58,567 nucleotides of DNA from Chloroflexota bacterium (GTDB taxonomy: Bacteria > Chloroflexota > Anaerolineae > Anaerolineales > Villigracilaceae). This document shows, one piece after another, positions 37,256 to 45,218 of the stretch (position 1 is the first letter of the stretch; each line of letters opens with the position of its first letter). The notes beneath the pieces were generated by a model. It ran no database searches, was not told the origin of the DNA, and worked only from the letters and a program-made list of their open reading frames with translations. The stretch covers positions 1 through 58,567 of the forward strand of contig VGNF01000001.1 in the NCBI GenBank assembly GCA_016866195.1, in the 5' to 3' direction. Both the position numbers and the translations under genes were made by a program.

Positions 37256-38302
37256 CTACTTAGATCGTTGCTTTATTTCTTCGGGTTTTTGTTTCGTTGT
37301 TGATTCTTCTGGCGCATTGTCGGTAATCATTTTGATCAACGTCATAAATGGCCAGAATACTGCAAGGATTGGAGTGGTAATGATCCAAACTACAATATCA
37401 ATTAGAACATGTATTAACCGATAAAGAACATCGAAAACAAAAGGAAGGAGGGAACTCAATAGGGTTAGAATGAAGTTTACGACATGCAACACTCCCTCAA
37501 CGATATATCCCACAACCGCAAAGACAAGCACCGATCCTCTAATTGCTTCGTTAAAAATCATCGCGGCTGCCAACGCGCTGTTAAATGGCACTACAAACAC
37601 AACCACAAATGTAACAAATCGGTCTAGAAATGTACTGTTCAGATTTTCAACAACGTCAAGTCTCGCAAGTCCCCATGCGACCAATGAAGTTATGGATAAG
37701 AGACAAATAAACGCAGCCATTGCGAACATTGCCTTCCGCACCCTTGGCTCTCTTTCAGACATCGCTGTAAACTCACTTTTACTGCTCATGGTTTCAAATA
37801 AGAAGGCAAAACCAAGAATTAGGGCGATCAATGAGCCCGCAAATATCGCGATATCAAAGTTTGAAAGAAAGGGCAGGATTTCCGATAACAAACCTAGGAC
37901 GAACAATGTGTTTGCAACGGCAACAGCATCAGAGTATATGAGTAGCAAGAAACAAAGTAACAATACTACATACCCCACTGTTCTAAAGGGGTGCTCGGGG
38001 TCATATACGAGCTTCATTAGGTTGCCCAACCAATGATGAAGCGAATCGGTAACGCGCGACAATGGTTTCGTAAGTGCATCGCGGAAAGAACTCGCGCTAT
38101 CCTCAAAGAATTCTCTGGGATAGGTCGGCACATTATCTGGTTGGGAATCCTTGCGGAAAATTATTGGTTTTTGGATGAGTTTAATCGTCCTCTCCAATAC
38201 GGCTGCCCACTTCTCCCGCCAGACAATAAGAATTATGAACCAAATTACAGCTACCACTTGAAAGATGCTCGAATTCAGCAAGTTAAATAGTTGAACACCC
38301 AT
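37256..38302 (-). CDS. unassigned polytopic membrane protein (AT-rich islet)
   Basis: 348 aa with at least 7 hydrophobic segments, a soluble segment of about 70 aa after TM1 and a Lys/Glu-rich tail. It starts 10 nt after the stop of 38313..38675. Confidence 0.7.
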   Translation of the reverse strand: MGVQLFNLLNSSIFQVVAVIWFIILIVWREKWAAVLERTIKLIQKPIIFRKDSQPDNVPTYPREFFEDSASSFRDALTKPLSRVTDSLHHWLGNLMKLVYDPEHPFRTVGYVVLLLCFLLLIYSDAVAVANTLFVLGLLSEILPFLSNFDIAIFAGSLIALILGFAFLFETMSSKSEFTAMSEREPRVRKAMFAMAAFICLLSITSLVAWGLARLDVVENLNSTFLDRFVTFVVVFVVPFNSALAAAMIFNEAIRGSVLVFAVVGYIVEGVLHVVNFILTLLSSLLPFVFDVLYRLIHVLIDIVVWIITTPILAVFWPFMTLIKMITDNAPEESTTKQKPEEIKQRSK

Positions 38303-38312
38303 CTCAACCTCC

Positions 38313-38675
38313 TCATTTCTTGTTTCGCAATTCCGTGACCCTTGAGATCAGTTTTTCTTCAAGCCTAATTCCGTCAAGATAGAATGTGGACTTTGCCCCA
38401 AGTAGAGTGAATTTGCCGTCCCAACGATTCTCTCGACTCCGACAAGCCGGATCTTGTATTGGCGCACAGTCTGTTATCACGACAATAACATCAACATTGT
38501 TTAGTCGGAAAGTGATGTCGGCGGGAATTTTCGTCAGTTCACTTGGATTTCTCCAATCGATCAATTCGTCAAAAATAATTAGAATGCACTTCTCATATTT
38601 TTTGAGGCTGGTCGTGTGCATAAATAATCTAAATCTGTTGCTGCATGCATCAAACCGTAATAAACTTCCTGCCAA
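38313..38675 (-). CDS. C-terminal portion of the split lipoprotein gene (no credible independent start)
   Basis: The track ORF starts at TTG without an SD. It overlaps the upstream ORF by 97 nt in the -1 frame, joined at A_AAA_AAT (38597-38603). It contains CILIIFDELIDW and VDVIVVITDC beta-strand-like motifs. Confidence 0.5.
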   Translation of the reverse strand: MAGSLLRFDACSNRFRLFMHTTSLKKYEKCILIIFDELIDWRNPSELTKIPADITFRLNNVDVIVVITDCAPIQDPACRSRENRWDGKFTLLGAKSTFYLDGIRLEEKLISRVTELRNKK

Positions 38676-39385
38676 GGGATAGGAGCAGGTCTTTCTTCTG
38701 GTTCGTTCAAACCAATATCTTCTTCCAGTTGCTTGGCTATTTGTGAGATTTCAGCCGCCTTGGTTACCTCCCAAACTGTGTTCGTGGCAGCAATCTGCGT
38801 TCCTACTACAGTTTTATTGCATTGCTCTTCGAATGCTTTGCTTTCGTTTTCTTGTTGTTGAATACTCAGGTTATAAGCATATTCGTTCCTTGCCCTCAAC
38901 TTATCAAGATCTAATAATTTGGAAACATCTGGTGTTGGTAAGGGAGTGTATGTAACAAAGGGGACAGGTGTTTCTGGTCTTGGTGGAGAACTGGGCAACC
39001 TTGACTCAAACCCGCTAAGTCTCGCAATACTATAATCATAGTAACCGAATTCAAATAGTGAGTACTGATCTCCCGGCCCGGACATTTCAGGAGTAATTTT
39101 ATTAATAAACTCAACAAGATCGAATGTTACTTCACCATTTTTGTATTCTAAGCCATCTCCATTCGCAACACTTCCTTGATCTATCACAAAAACAAACAAG
39201 GTTGGAGAAGTCTCCAATTCCTCGCCGATTTCCAGCTCATAATCCTTAGGACAAACCCTCGGCGTGGCAGTAGGTGTAATCGTAGGACCCCAAATAAAAG
39301 TTGGGATCGCGGTACAGCTAGAAACAAATATTGTGACAAGCAGCAATGAGAGAACTGACCTTGCTGCATATCTCTTGGCTATCAC
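38579..39385 (-). CDS. unassigned lipoprotein (N-terminal portion of a probable frameshifted gene)
   Basis: I chose GTG 39385, which lies 6 nt after AAGGAGA. This gives M-IAKRYAARSVLSLLLVTIFVSSC (n-region, h-region, lipobox) followed by a Pro/Thr linker. LFVFVIDQGS weakly resembles a vWA beta1/MIDAS strand. Confidence 0.6.
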   Translation of the reverse strand: MIAKRYAARSVLSLLLVTIFVSSCTAIPTFIWGPTITPTATPRVCPKDYELEIGEELETSPTLFVFVIDQGSVANGDGLEYKNGEVTFDLVEFINKITPEMSGPGDQYSLFEFGYYDYSIARLSGFESRLPSSPPRPETPVPFVTYTPLPTPDVSKLLDLDKLRARNEYAYNLSIQQQENESKAFEEQCNKTVVGTQIAATNTVWEVTKAAEISQIAKQLEEDIGLNEPEERPAPIPWQEVYYGLMHAATDLDYLCTRPASKNMRSAF

Positions 39386-39547
39386 GGTAATCTCCTTTGA
39401 AATTCCAAGAGTAAGACCTTTTAATCTCCCATTAATATTCGCAATCATATTCTATTTTTTTTTTTGACAAGTGACATCGCTCCTTGTTCCTTTTACTATT
39501 ACCTCCCCTGACACCGTCCTGCCACAAAAGCGTGATATGCTTCGCGC

Positions 39548-40231
39548 ATGCCCCAGCGCATCCTGGTCGTGGACGACGAACCGGCGGTCACCGATCTGCT
39601 GGCCTACAACCTGCGCAAAGCGCATTTCGAAATCTCGATCGCATCCGACGGGCGGGCAGCCTTGCGGCTGGCCGGGGAGTTTAACCCTGACCTGATCCTG
39701 CTCGATCTGATGATCCCCGAGGTGGATGGCCTCGACGTCTGCCGCGAACTCCGCAAATCGAATAACGTCCCCATCATCATGATCACCGCCCGCGGCGAGG
39801 AGACCGACCGCGTGGTGGGTCTCGAACTGGGCGCGGACGATTACGTCACCAAGCCGTTCAGCGTGCGCGAACTGATGGCGCGGGTCAAGGCCGTGCTGCG
39901 CCGCGTGGAAAACAAGGCCTCGGGATCCTCCACGATCCTCTCCGCCGAGGGCGGCCTCCGCATGGACGTGGAACGCCGGGAGGTGATCGTCAACGATGCG
40001 CCGCTCGAACTCACACGCCTCGAATTCGACCTGCTGCATCGGTTGTTGATCAACCCAGGCCGCGTGCTGACGCGCGAGCGCCTGCTGGAGCAGGCCTGGG
40101 GCTACGACTTCGTCGGCGACACGCGCGCGGTGGACAGCGCCGTCAAACGTCTGCGCGCCAAGCTGCGCGCCGCCTCCCCGCAAGCCGATTGCATCGAATC
40201 CGTGCGCGGCCTCGGCTATCGGATCGGCTGA
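39548..40231 (+). CDS. OmpR/PhoB-family response regulator
   Basis: Receiver domain (ILVVDDE, DLILLDLMIPEVDG, K105-like) plus a winged-helix C-terminus (VDSAVKRLRAKL, GLGYRI). Confidence 0.9.
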   Translation: MPQRILVVDDEPAVTDLLAYNLRKAHFEISIASDGRAALRLAGEFNPDLILLDLMIPEVDGLDVCRELRKSNNVPIIMITARGEETDRVVGLELGADDYVTKPFSVRELMARVKAVLRRVENKASGSSTILSAEGGLRMDVERREVIVNDAPLELTRLEFDLLHRLLINPGRVLTRERLLEQAWGYDFVGDTRAVDSAVKRLRAKLRAASPQADCIESVRGLGYRIG

Positions 40232-40232
40232 C

Positions 40233-41678
40233 ATGCAGAGCATCCGCTCCCGTCTTTCACGCAATCATCTGCTCGTGCTTGCACTCGGCATGACGCTCGC
40301 AGCCGGGCTCACCTGGCAGGTGGTCTCGAACCTCTATATCGAAACCCAGCGCGCTAACCTATTGGAGCAGGCCCGATTGATTGCCGCCGCGCTTCAGGGC
40401 GCGGCACTCCCTGAAAATTCCCAACCCTATTCACAAGCTGCAAACATCGCGCCGGGAATCCACACCCGCCTGCTGACCGAGGGTGGCGCGGTCGCCATCG
40501 GGCTGCCGCTGGTAAACACGGCCGTGCAAATGCCTCTCGCAGAAGGAACCACCCTCGTCACGACCGCTGAGCTGCTTCAACGTCCCGAGATCGAATCAGC
40601 CCTCAGCGGCAGCCCCTCGACCGCTGTACGACGTGTGCTCGATAACCGGCGCTTGCTGTACGCTGCCGCGCCCATCCAGACAGACGACGGGCGGGTCAGC
40701 GGTATCATCTACCTCGCCACGCCACTGCCCGGCTCCGGCCTGCCGACGGATGTCATCCTCCAAATGATCGGCGCAAGCATCCTGGCGATATTCCTGGCAG
40801 TGCTCGCCGGGCGACTCCTGGCGCGGCAGATCGCGCGTCCCCTGGAGGGACTCGCACAGGCTGCATCGGGAATCGCAGGCGGCGACCTGAATGCCCGCTC
40901 GACAACGGAGGATCACATCAAGGAATTGCACGATCTGGCAGGGACCTTCAATCACATGGCCGATAGCCTGCAGCAGTCGGACCAGACCAAAAAGGCTTTC
41001 ATCGCCGATGTGGCACATGAACTGCGCACTCCTCTGACCGTCATCAAGGGCACGATCGAAACCCTGGAGGACGGCGCGCTCGACGATCGCGAGGGGCGCG
41101 GGCCACTGCTGGCGTCCATGCAGCGCGAAACCGACCGCTTGATCCGGCTGGTGAACGAACTGTTGATCCTCACCCGCGCCGACGCCGGGCAACTCCCGTT
41201 GGAACTTGAACAGGTGGATCTGGTCGACCTGGCGCGCGGCCGCTGCGAGAACCTGAACCGGCTTGCCGGGCGCAGCCGGGTCCAACTAAGAATGGAAGAC
41301 CTCACCGGTGGGAATACCCACATCCCCGCCGACCCCGACCGGCTGGTGCAAGTGTTCGACAACCTGCTCGACAACGCGGTCCGCCACTCTCCGCAGGACT
41401 CGATGGTCACCGTTACGATCCGTGAGGCCGGCGGCGGAATCGAATGTTCCGTCAGCGATCAGGGACCGGGCATATCCGCCCAACACCTGCCGTACATCTT
41501 CGAGCGTTTCTACCGCGTCGAAAAGTCACGTGACCGTTCCAGCGGCGGCACCGGGCTGGGTCTCGCCATCGTGCGTGCGCTGGTAAGTGCTCACGGAGGC
41601 CGTGTCTCCGCGGACAGCGCCGAAGACAAGGGGACAACAATCACGTTCTGGCTGCCTCATTCCCCCTCACCTCGCTGA
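40233..41678 (+). CDS. sensor histidine kinase (2 TM, HAMP, HisKA, HATPase_c)
   Basis: H-box FIADVAHELRTPLT, N-box DNLLDNAVRHS, and G-boxes DQGPGI and GGTGLGLAIV. Confidence 0.9.
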   Translation: MQSIRSRLSRNHLLVLALGMTLAAGLTWQVVSNLYIETQRANLLEQARLIAAALQGAALPENSQPYSQAANIAPGIHTRLLTEGGAVAIGLPLVNTAVQMPLAEGTTLVTTAELLQRPEIESALSGSPSTAVRRVLDNRRLLYAAAPIQTDDGRVSGIIYLATPLPGSGLPTDVILQMIGASILAIFLAVLAGRLLARQIARPLEGLAQAASGIAGGDLNARSTTEDHIKELHDLAGTFNHMADSLQQSDQTKKAFIADVAHELRTPLTVIKGTIETLEDGALDDREGRGPLLASMQRETDRLIRLVNELLILTRADAGQLPLELEQVDLVDLARGRCENLNRLAGRSRVQLRMEDLTGGNTHIPADPDRLVQVFDNLLDNAVRHSPQDSMVTVTIREAGGGIECSVSDQGPGISAQHLPYIFERFYRVEKSRDRSSGGTGLGLAIVRALVSAHGGRVSADSAEDKGTTITFWLPHSPSPR

Positions 41679-41917
41679 GCGGAGCAAGCCGGAGGCGGGC
41701 GAAGTCGAAGCGAGGCGAGGTGCATGCCTTTGTGGTTGAAAAGGTGTCCCCGTAAAAGCGGTGGAACCACAATTTTAAGGTTGTTTCGTCTGGGAAAACA
41801 CCCTCCTCGCAAGGACATATACTCTGCCTCCCAACTGCCCGGAACCTGACACACGCCTGACAAGGCAGGGGAATATCCTGTAGTCGAAATCACGATTCGC
41901 ATTACAAGGAGGTTCCC

Positions 41918-42751
41918 ATGAAACAAGTTCAAACCATCGTCAACACAGCCCTGGCCTGTACGCTGATCTTCATCCTGCTCAGCGCCGGCCTGCCGAACAT
42001 CACTGCGAGCGCGGCCATGCCGACTCCCACTCCCGAAGCGGTAAGTGAAGCCGAATCCACCTGCGATCCGACCCGCACCATTAACGTCAGCGGCACCGCG
42101 GTCGTTAATGTCGTCCCCGACCGCGCCCTGGTGCAGCTGGGCGTGCAATCCAACGGTCGATCACCCAAGGAGGTACAGGCGAGGAATGCCGCAGCCATCA
42201 GCCAGGTGATCAAGGCGGTCAAGGCGCAGGGAGTGGAAGCCAAAGACATCACGACGGACTGGTACGTGATCGAGCCCCTGTACGAGGATTACGACTCGCT
42301 GTACATCAAGGGTTATCGCATTTACAACGTCGTAGCCATCACCATGCGCGACGTGTTCAAGACCAGCGATGTGATCGCGGCCGCCTTCCAGGCTGGCGCG
42401 AACCAGGTCGTGAACGTCGAGTTCTACACCAGTGAATTGAGAAAATACCGTGACCAGGCGCGCGAAATGGCCATGCAGGCGGCCTCCGAGAAAGCCGGAG
42501 CCCTGGCGGAAACGGCGGGCGCGGAAACCGGCTGTGTGCTGTCGATCAACGAAAACTCCTGGTCCTACTTCAATGGCTGGGGATGGGGCTGGTGGTGGCG
42601 CGGAAGCAACAACCAGAATCTGTGGACGCAGAACGCAGTGCAGAATGCAGCCCCCAGTGCAGGGGAAATGCCCTCCGGCGAGGGCGAACCGGTCAGCACC
42701 GGAAAGATCTCCATTCGCGCCGAGGTCAACGCAACCTTCAGCCTGAAATGA
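41918..42751 (+). CDS. SIMPL (DUF541) domain-containing secreted protein
   Basis: TINVSGTAVVNVVPDRALVQLGV..., GYRIYNVVAITMRD..., ISIRAEVNATFSL. It contains a Trp/Gly-rich insertion. Confidence 0.85.
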   Translation: MKQVQTIVNTALACTLIFILLSAGLPNITASAAMPTPTPEAVSEAESTCDPTRTINVSGTAVVNVVPDRALVQLGVQSNGRSPKEVQARNAAAISQVIKAVKAQGVEAKDITTDWYVIEPLYEDYDSLYIKGYRIYNVVAITMRDVFKTSDVIAAAFQAGANQVVNVEFYTSELRKYRDQAREMAMQAASEKAGALAETAGAETGCVLSINENSWSYFNGWGWGWWWRGSNNQNLWTQNAVQNAAPSAGEMPSGEGEPVSTGKISIRAEVNATFSLK

Positions 42752-42770
42752 TTATTTCCGTCCAGTGTAT

Positions 42771-42815
42771 GATCATCCCGCAGGGAGACTCTCTGCGGGA
42801 TGATCGTGCGTTTTG
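42771..42815 (+). terminator. Rho-independent terminator after the SIMPL gene
   Basis: 13-bp stem GATCATCCCGCAG-loop-CTGCGGGATGATC followed by GTGCGTTTTG. Confidence 0.6.
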
Positions 42816-42829
42816 CCGGGTGCTATAAT
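42815..42829 (+). promoter_or_regulatory. extended -10 promoter module GCCGGGTGCTATAAT (methyltransferase operon)
   Basis: Identical 15-mer to 35169-35183. The TATAAT lies 24 nt upstream of ATG 42854. Confidence 0.45.
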
Positions 42830-42853
42830 GAATCCGAAAGCCCGAGGCACGCG

Positions 42854-43546
42854 ATGTCTGAAGTTCTCGATGAAATCTCGCGCGTCACCCCCTCCAAAAC
42901 CGCCGCGCAGGCGGCCTACGACCGCATGAGCCGCTGGTACGATTGGCTGGCAGCGGGGGCCGAGAGACGGCTCACCAGTCTCGGGCTGCATAAGCTCGAT
43001 GTTCAAAAGGGCGAGAAAGTCCTCGAGATCGGATGCGGGACCGGTCATGCCCTGGTTGAACTGGCAAAGGCAGCGGGCGAACCTGGCCTTGTGTGCGGAA
43101 TCGATATTTCGCAGGGGATGATCAATGTGGCCGGTGATCGACTCAAAGCCATTGGACTGGCCGACCGCGTGGAACTGACCTGCGGGGATGCGACCCAACT
43201 GACCTACGAAGAGGATTTCTTCGATGCGATCTTCATGGGCTTTGTGCTGGAATTGTTCGACACGCCGGAGATCCCGCCCCTGCTGGCAGAATGCCGCCGC
43301 GCGCTGCGCCAGGGCGGCCGCTTGTGCGTAGTCGCCCTGGCCAGGAGGGATCGATCGGCGGTACGCTTGTACGAGTGGTTCCATCGCAGGTTGCCCTCAT
43401 ATGTGGATTGCCGCCCGATCTATGCAAGACAGTCCATCCAATCAGCAGGGTTTGACCTTCTGGATTCGACAGAGGGGAAAATGTGGGGACTGCCGGTCGA
43501 AATCGTGCTGGCAATCGTCCCGCAGAAAAGGAACGGAATACGATGA
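42854..43546 (+). CDS. class I SAM-dependent methyltransferase
   Basis: Motif I VLEIGCGTGH and post-I/II motifs (GIDISQGM, FDAIFMGFVLE). The start is at the internal ATG 42854. Confidence 0.85.
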   Translation: MSEVLDEISRVTPSKTAAQAAYDRMSRWYDWLAAGAERRLTSLGLHKLDVQKGEKVLEIGCGTGHALVELAKAAGEPGLVCGIDISQGMINVAGDRLKAIGLADRVELTCGDATQLTYEEDFFDAIFMGFVLELFDTPEIPPLLAECRRALRQGGRLCVVALARRDRSAVRLYEWFHRRLPSYVDCRPIYARQSIQSAGFDLLDSTEGKMWGLPVEIVLAIVPQKRNGIR

Positions 43547-43755
43547 ATCTGAAATCCCAAATCAAGTGGACCATGATCCTCGGCATGCTGTCGCTGATCG
43601 CCGGATCCTTCGGTCATCTGGCATTGACCGACATATATCATGGCGAGGGAGACCTTTTCACCGAGTGGAACATCCTGCGCGCCTGCGCCATCGTCCTTCT
43701 ATTTTTCATCGGCTCGGCGCTGCTTACCCTCAACCGTGCCCTGAAAGCAGTGTGA
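43543..43755 (+). CDS. small 2-TM membrane protein
   Basis: MNLKSQIKWTMILGMLSLIAGSFGHL... Its ATG overlaps the methyltransferase stop (ATGA). Confidence 0.5.
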   Translation: MNLKSQIKWTMILGMLSLIAGSFGHLALTDIYHGEGDLFTEWNILRACAIVLLFFIGSALLTLNRALKAV

Positions 43756-43814
43756 CGAGGCTGGTCATAGGTTGGAATGATCAAATTCCATGTTGACTTC
43801 GGAGGCCGGATTCC

Positions 43815-44498
43815 ATGAACACGCTTTCTTCAATCCTGCGCGGGATGGGCGGAATGCTGACACGGCCCGCGCGCACAGGCAAGTCCCTGGCAAGCGAGAA
43901 GAGCCTGAAACCCATCGCGGTCTTCGTGATCGCCTTCGGCCTGCTGCAATCCCTGCTGTTTCTGATTTCCTATCTGAGAAAAGATTACCCGCCTCCAGCG
44001 GAAGTGCTCGAAGTGTGGGTGGAGCACTGGGGCGAGGGGGTGATGCTGCCGTTCTTCAACATCCCCGCCGAGAGCTACCGCGGCTTCCAGGCGGCCATCC
44101 TGCTGCCCTTCTGCCTTGCGCTCTGGCTGCTGATGGGGGGCAGCGCGCGGCTGGTCGCTTTGCTGTTTGGCGGCCGGCACAGCTTCGAGACCTATCTAAG
44201 GATCACTGGGTTCACGTTCTTCACGATCTGGCTGATCGCGGCGTTCATTGACTTCCTGTACTCCGGCATTTTCCAGGATGCGGTGTTGAGAGGCTTGCGC
44301 GGTGAATACGGCGCGGCCGTGGATTTTCTGCTTCAGATCTTCATGCCGATCGAGTACACCATCTTATACGGGCTGGCCGGGGTGAACATTTTCATCGCGA
44401 CCCGAACGATCGAGAGGTTTGCATGGTGGAAGGCCGCGCTGGTCGGACTCGCCGCCTTCGCCTGGCCGATGGCCCTTGTTTCGAGCGTGGTGAGGTGA
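43815..44498 (+). CDS. Yip1-domain membrane protein
   Basis: 227 aa with 5 hydrophobic helices after a short cytosolic N-terminus; the layout is typical of the YIP1 family. Confidence 0.65.
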   Translation: MNTLSSILRGMGGMLTRPARTGKSLASEKSLKPIAVFVIAFGLLQSLLFLISYLRKDYPPPAEVLEVWVEHWGEGVMLPFFNIPAESYRGFQAAILLPFCLALWLLMGGSARLVALLFGGRHSFETYLRITGFTFFTIWLIAAFIDFLYSGIFQDAVLRGLRGEYGAAVDFLLQIFMPIEYTILYGLAGVNIFIATRTIERFAWWKAALVGLAAFAWPMALVSSVVR

Positions 44499-44569
44499 GA
44501 TCCATTCCCCCGGCAGAACAACAGGCAGATCAAGAGACCTGCCTGTCCTAGCGAACGTTCCGTCAACGA

Positions 44570-45052
44570 CTATTGATTGATGCCCAGGTAGGCATAGGCA
44601 GCCGCGACGGCCAGCCCCAGCCACGACTGTCCGAGGTCCGTCAGCGGCTGCAGCACTCCCGGATGCTGGAGAAAACCCACGATGAAGGCCAGCAAGCCGA
44701 ACAGGGTCCACACCAGGAGATAGGCAATGGTCGTGGTCTGCAGGATCGATTTTGCCTGCTCGCTGGGATTGTTATCGAGCACGCGTGCGGCCGGCGTCTT
44801 GCCCGGTTCGGTGATGGCCAATTCGGCGATGACCAGAGCCGATACCAGGCCGCCCACCGTGGCCATGGTCACGCTCATCCCGCTGGTGAAACTGTCCTTG
44901 GTGTAGGTCTTGCATTCAGCTCCCTGACTCATGCAGCTCGTGACCAGCAGCGCCACGATCACCGTAACACATACAGCCCCAGCAGGATCACTGCGATCAC
45001 CCCTCCAAAAATGCTTTTTTGAGACCTGGGTTTCGCATCCTGTTCCGGGCAA
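44570..45052 (-). CDS. hypothetical membrane protein
   Basis: About 160 aa with 3-4 hydrophobic segments. The start (TTG 45052) is uncertain. Confidence 0.5.
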   Translation of the reverse strand: MPGTGCETQVSKKHFWRGDRSDPAGAVCVTVIVALLVTSCMSQGAECKTYTKDSFTSGMSVTMATVGGLVSALVIAELAITEPGKTPAARVLDNNPSEQAKSILQTTTIAYLLVWTLFGLLAFIVGFLQHPGVLQPLTDLGQSWLGLAVAAAYAYLGINQ

Positions 45053-45218
45053 TGAACAGGAATGCCTCCTCCTTTCCTTCAGAACCCGGATTGCCCTCCG
45101 TGAAAGAACCGCCCATTTCCTGCATCGGGAATGGGATTACGTCATTTTGATTTTATAACAATCTGCCTTCAGAATCAACGCAAGGTCTCATTTCAGAAGC
45201 ACTCACCCATAGAAGGCG

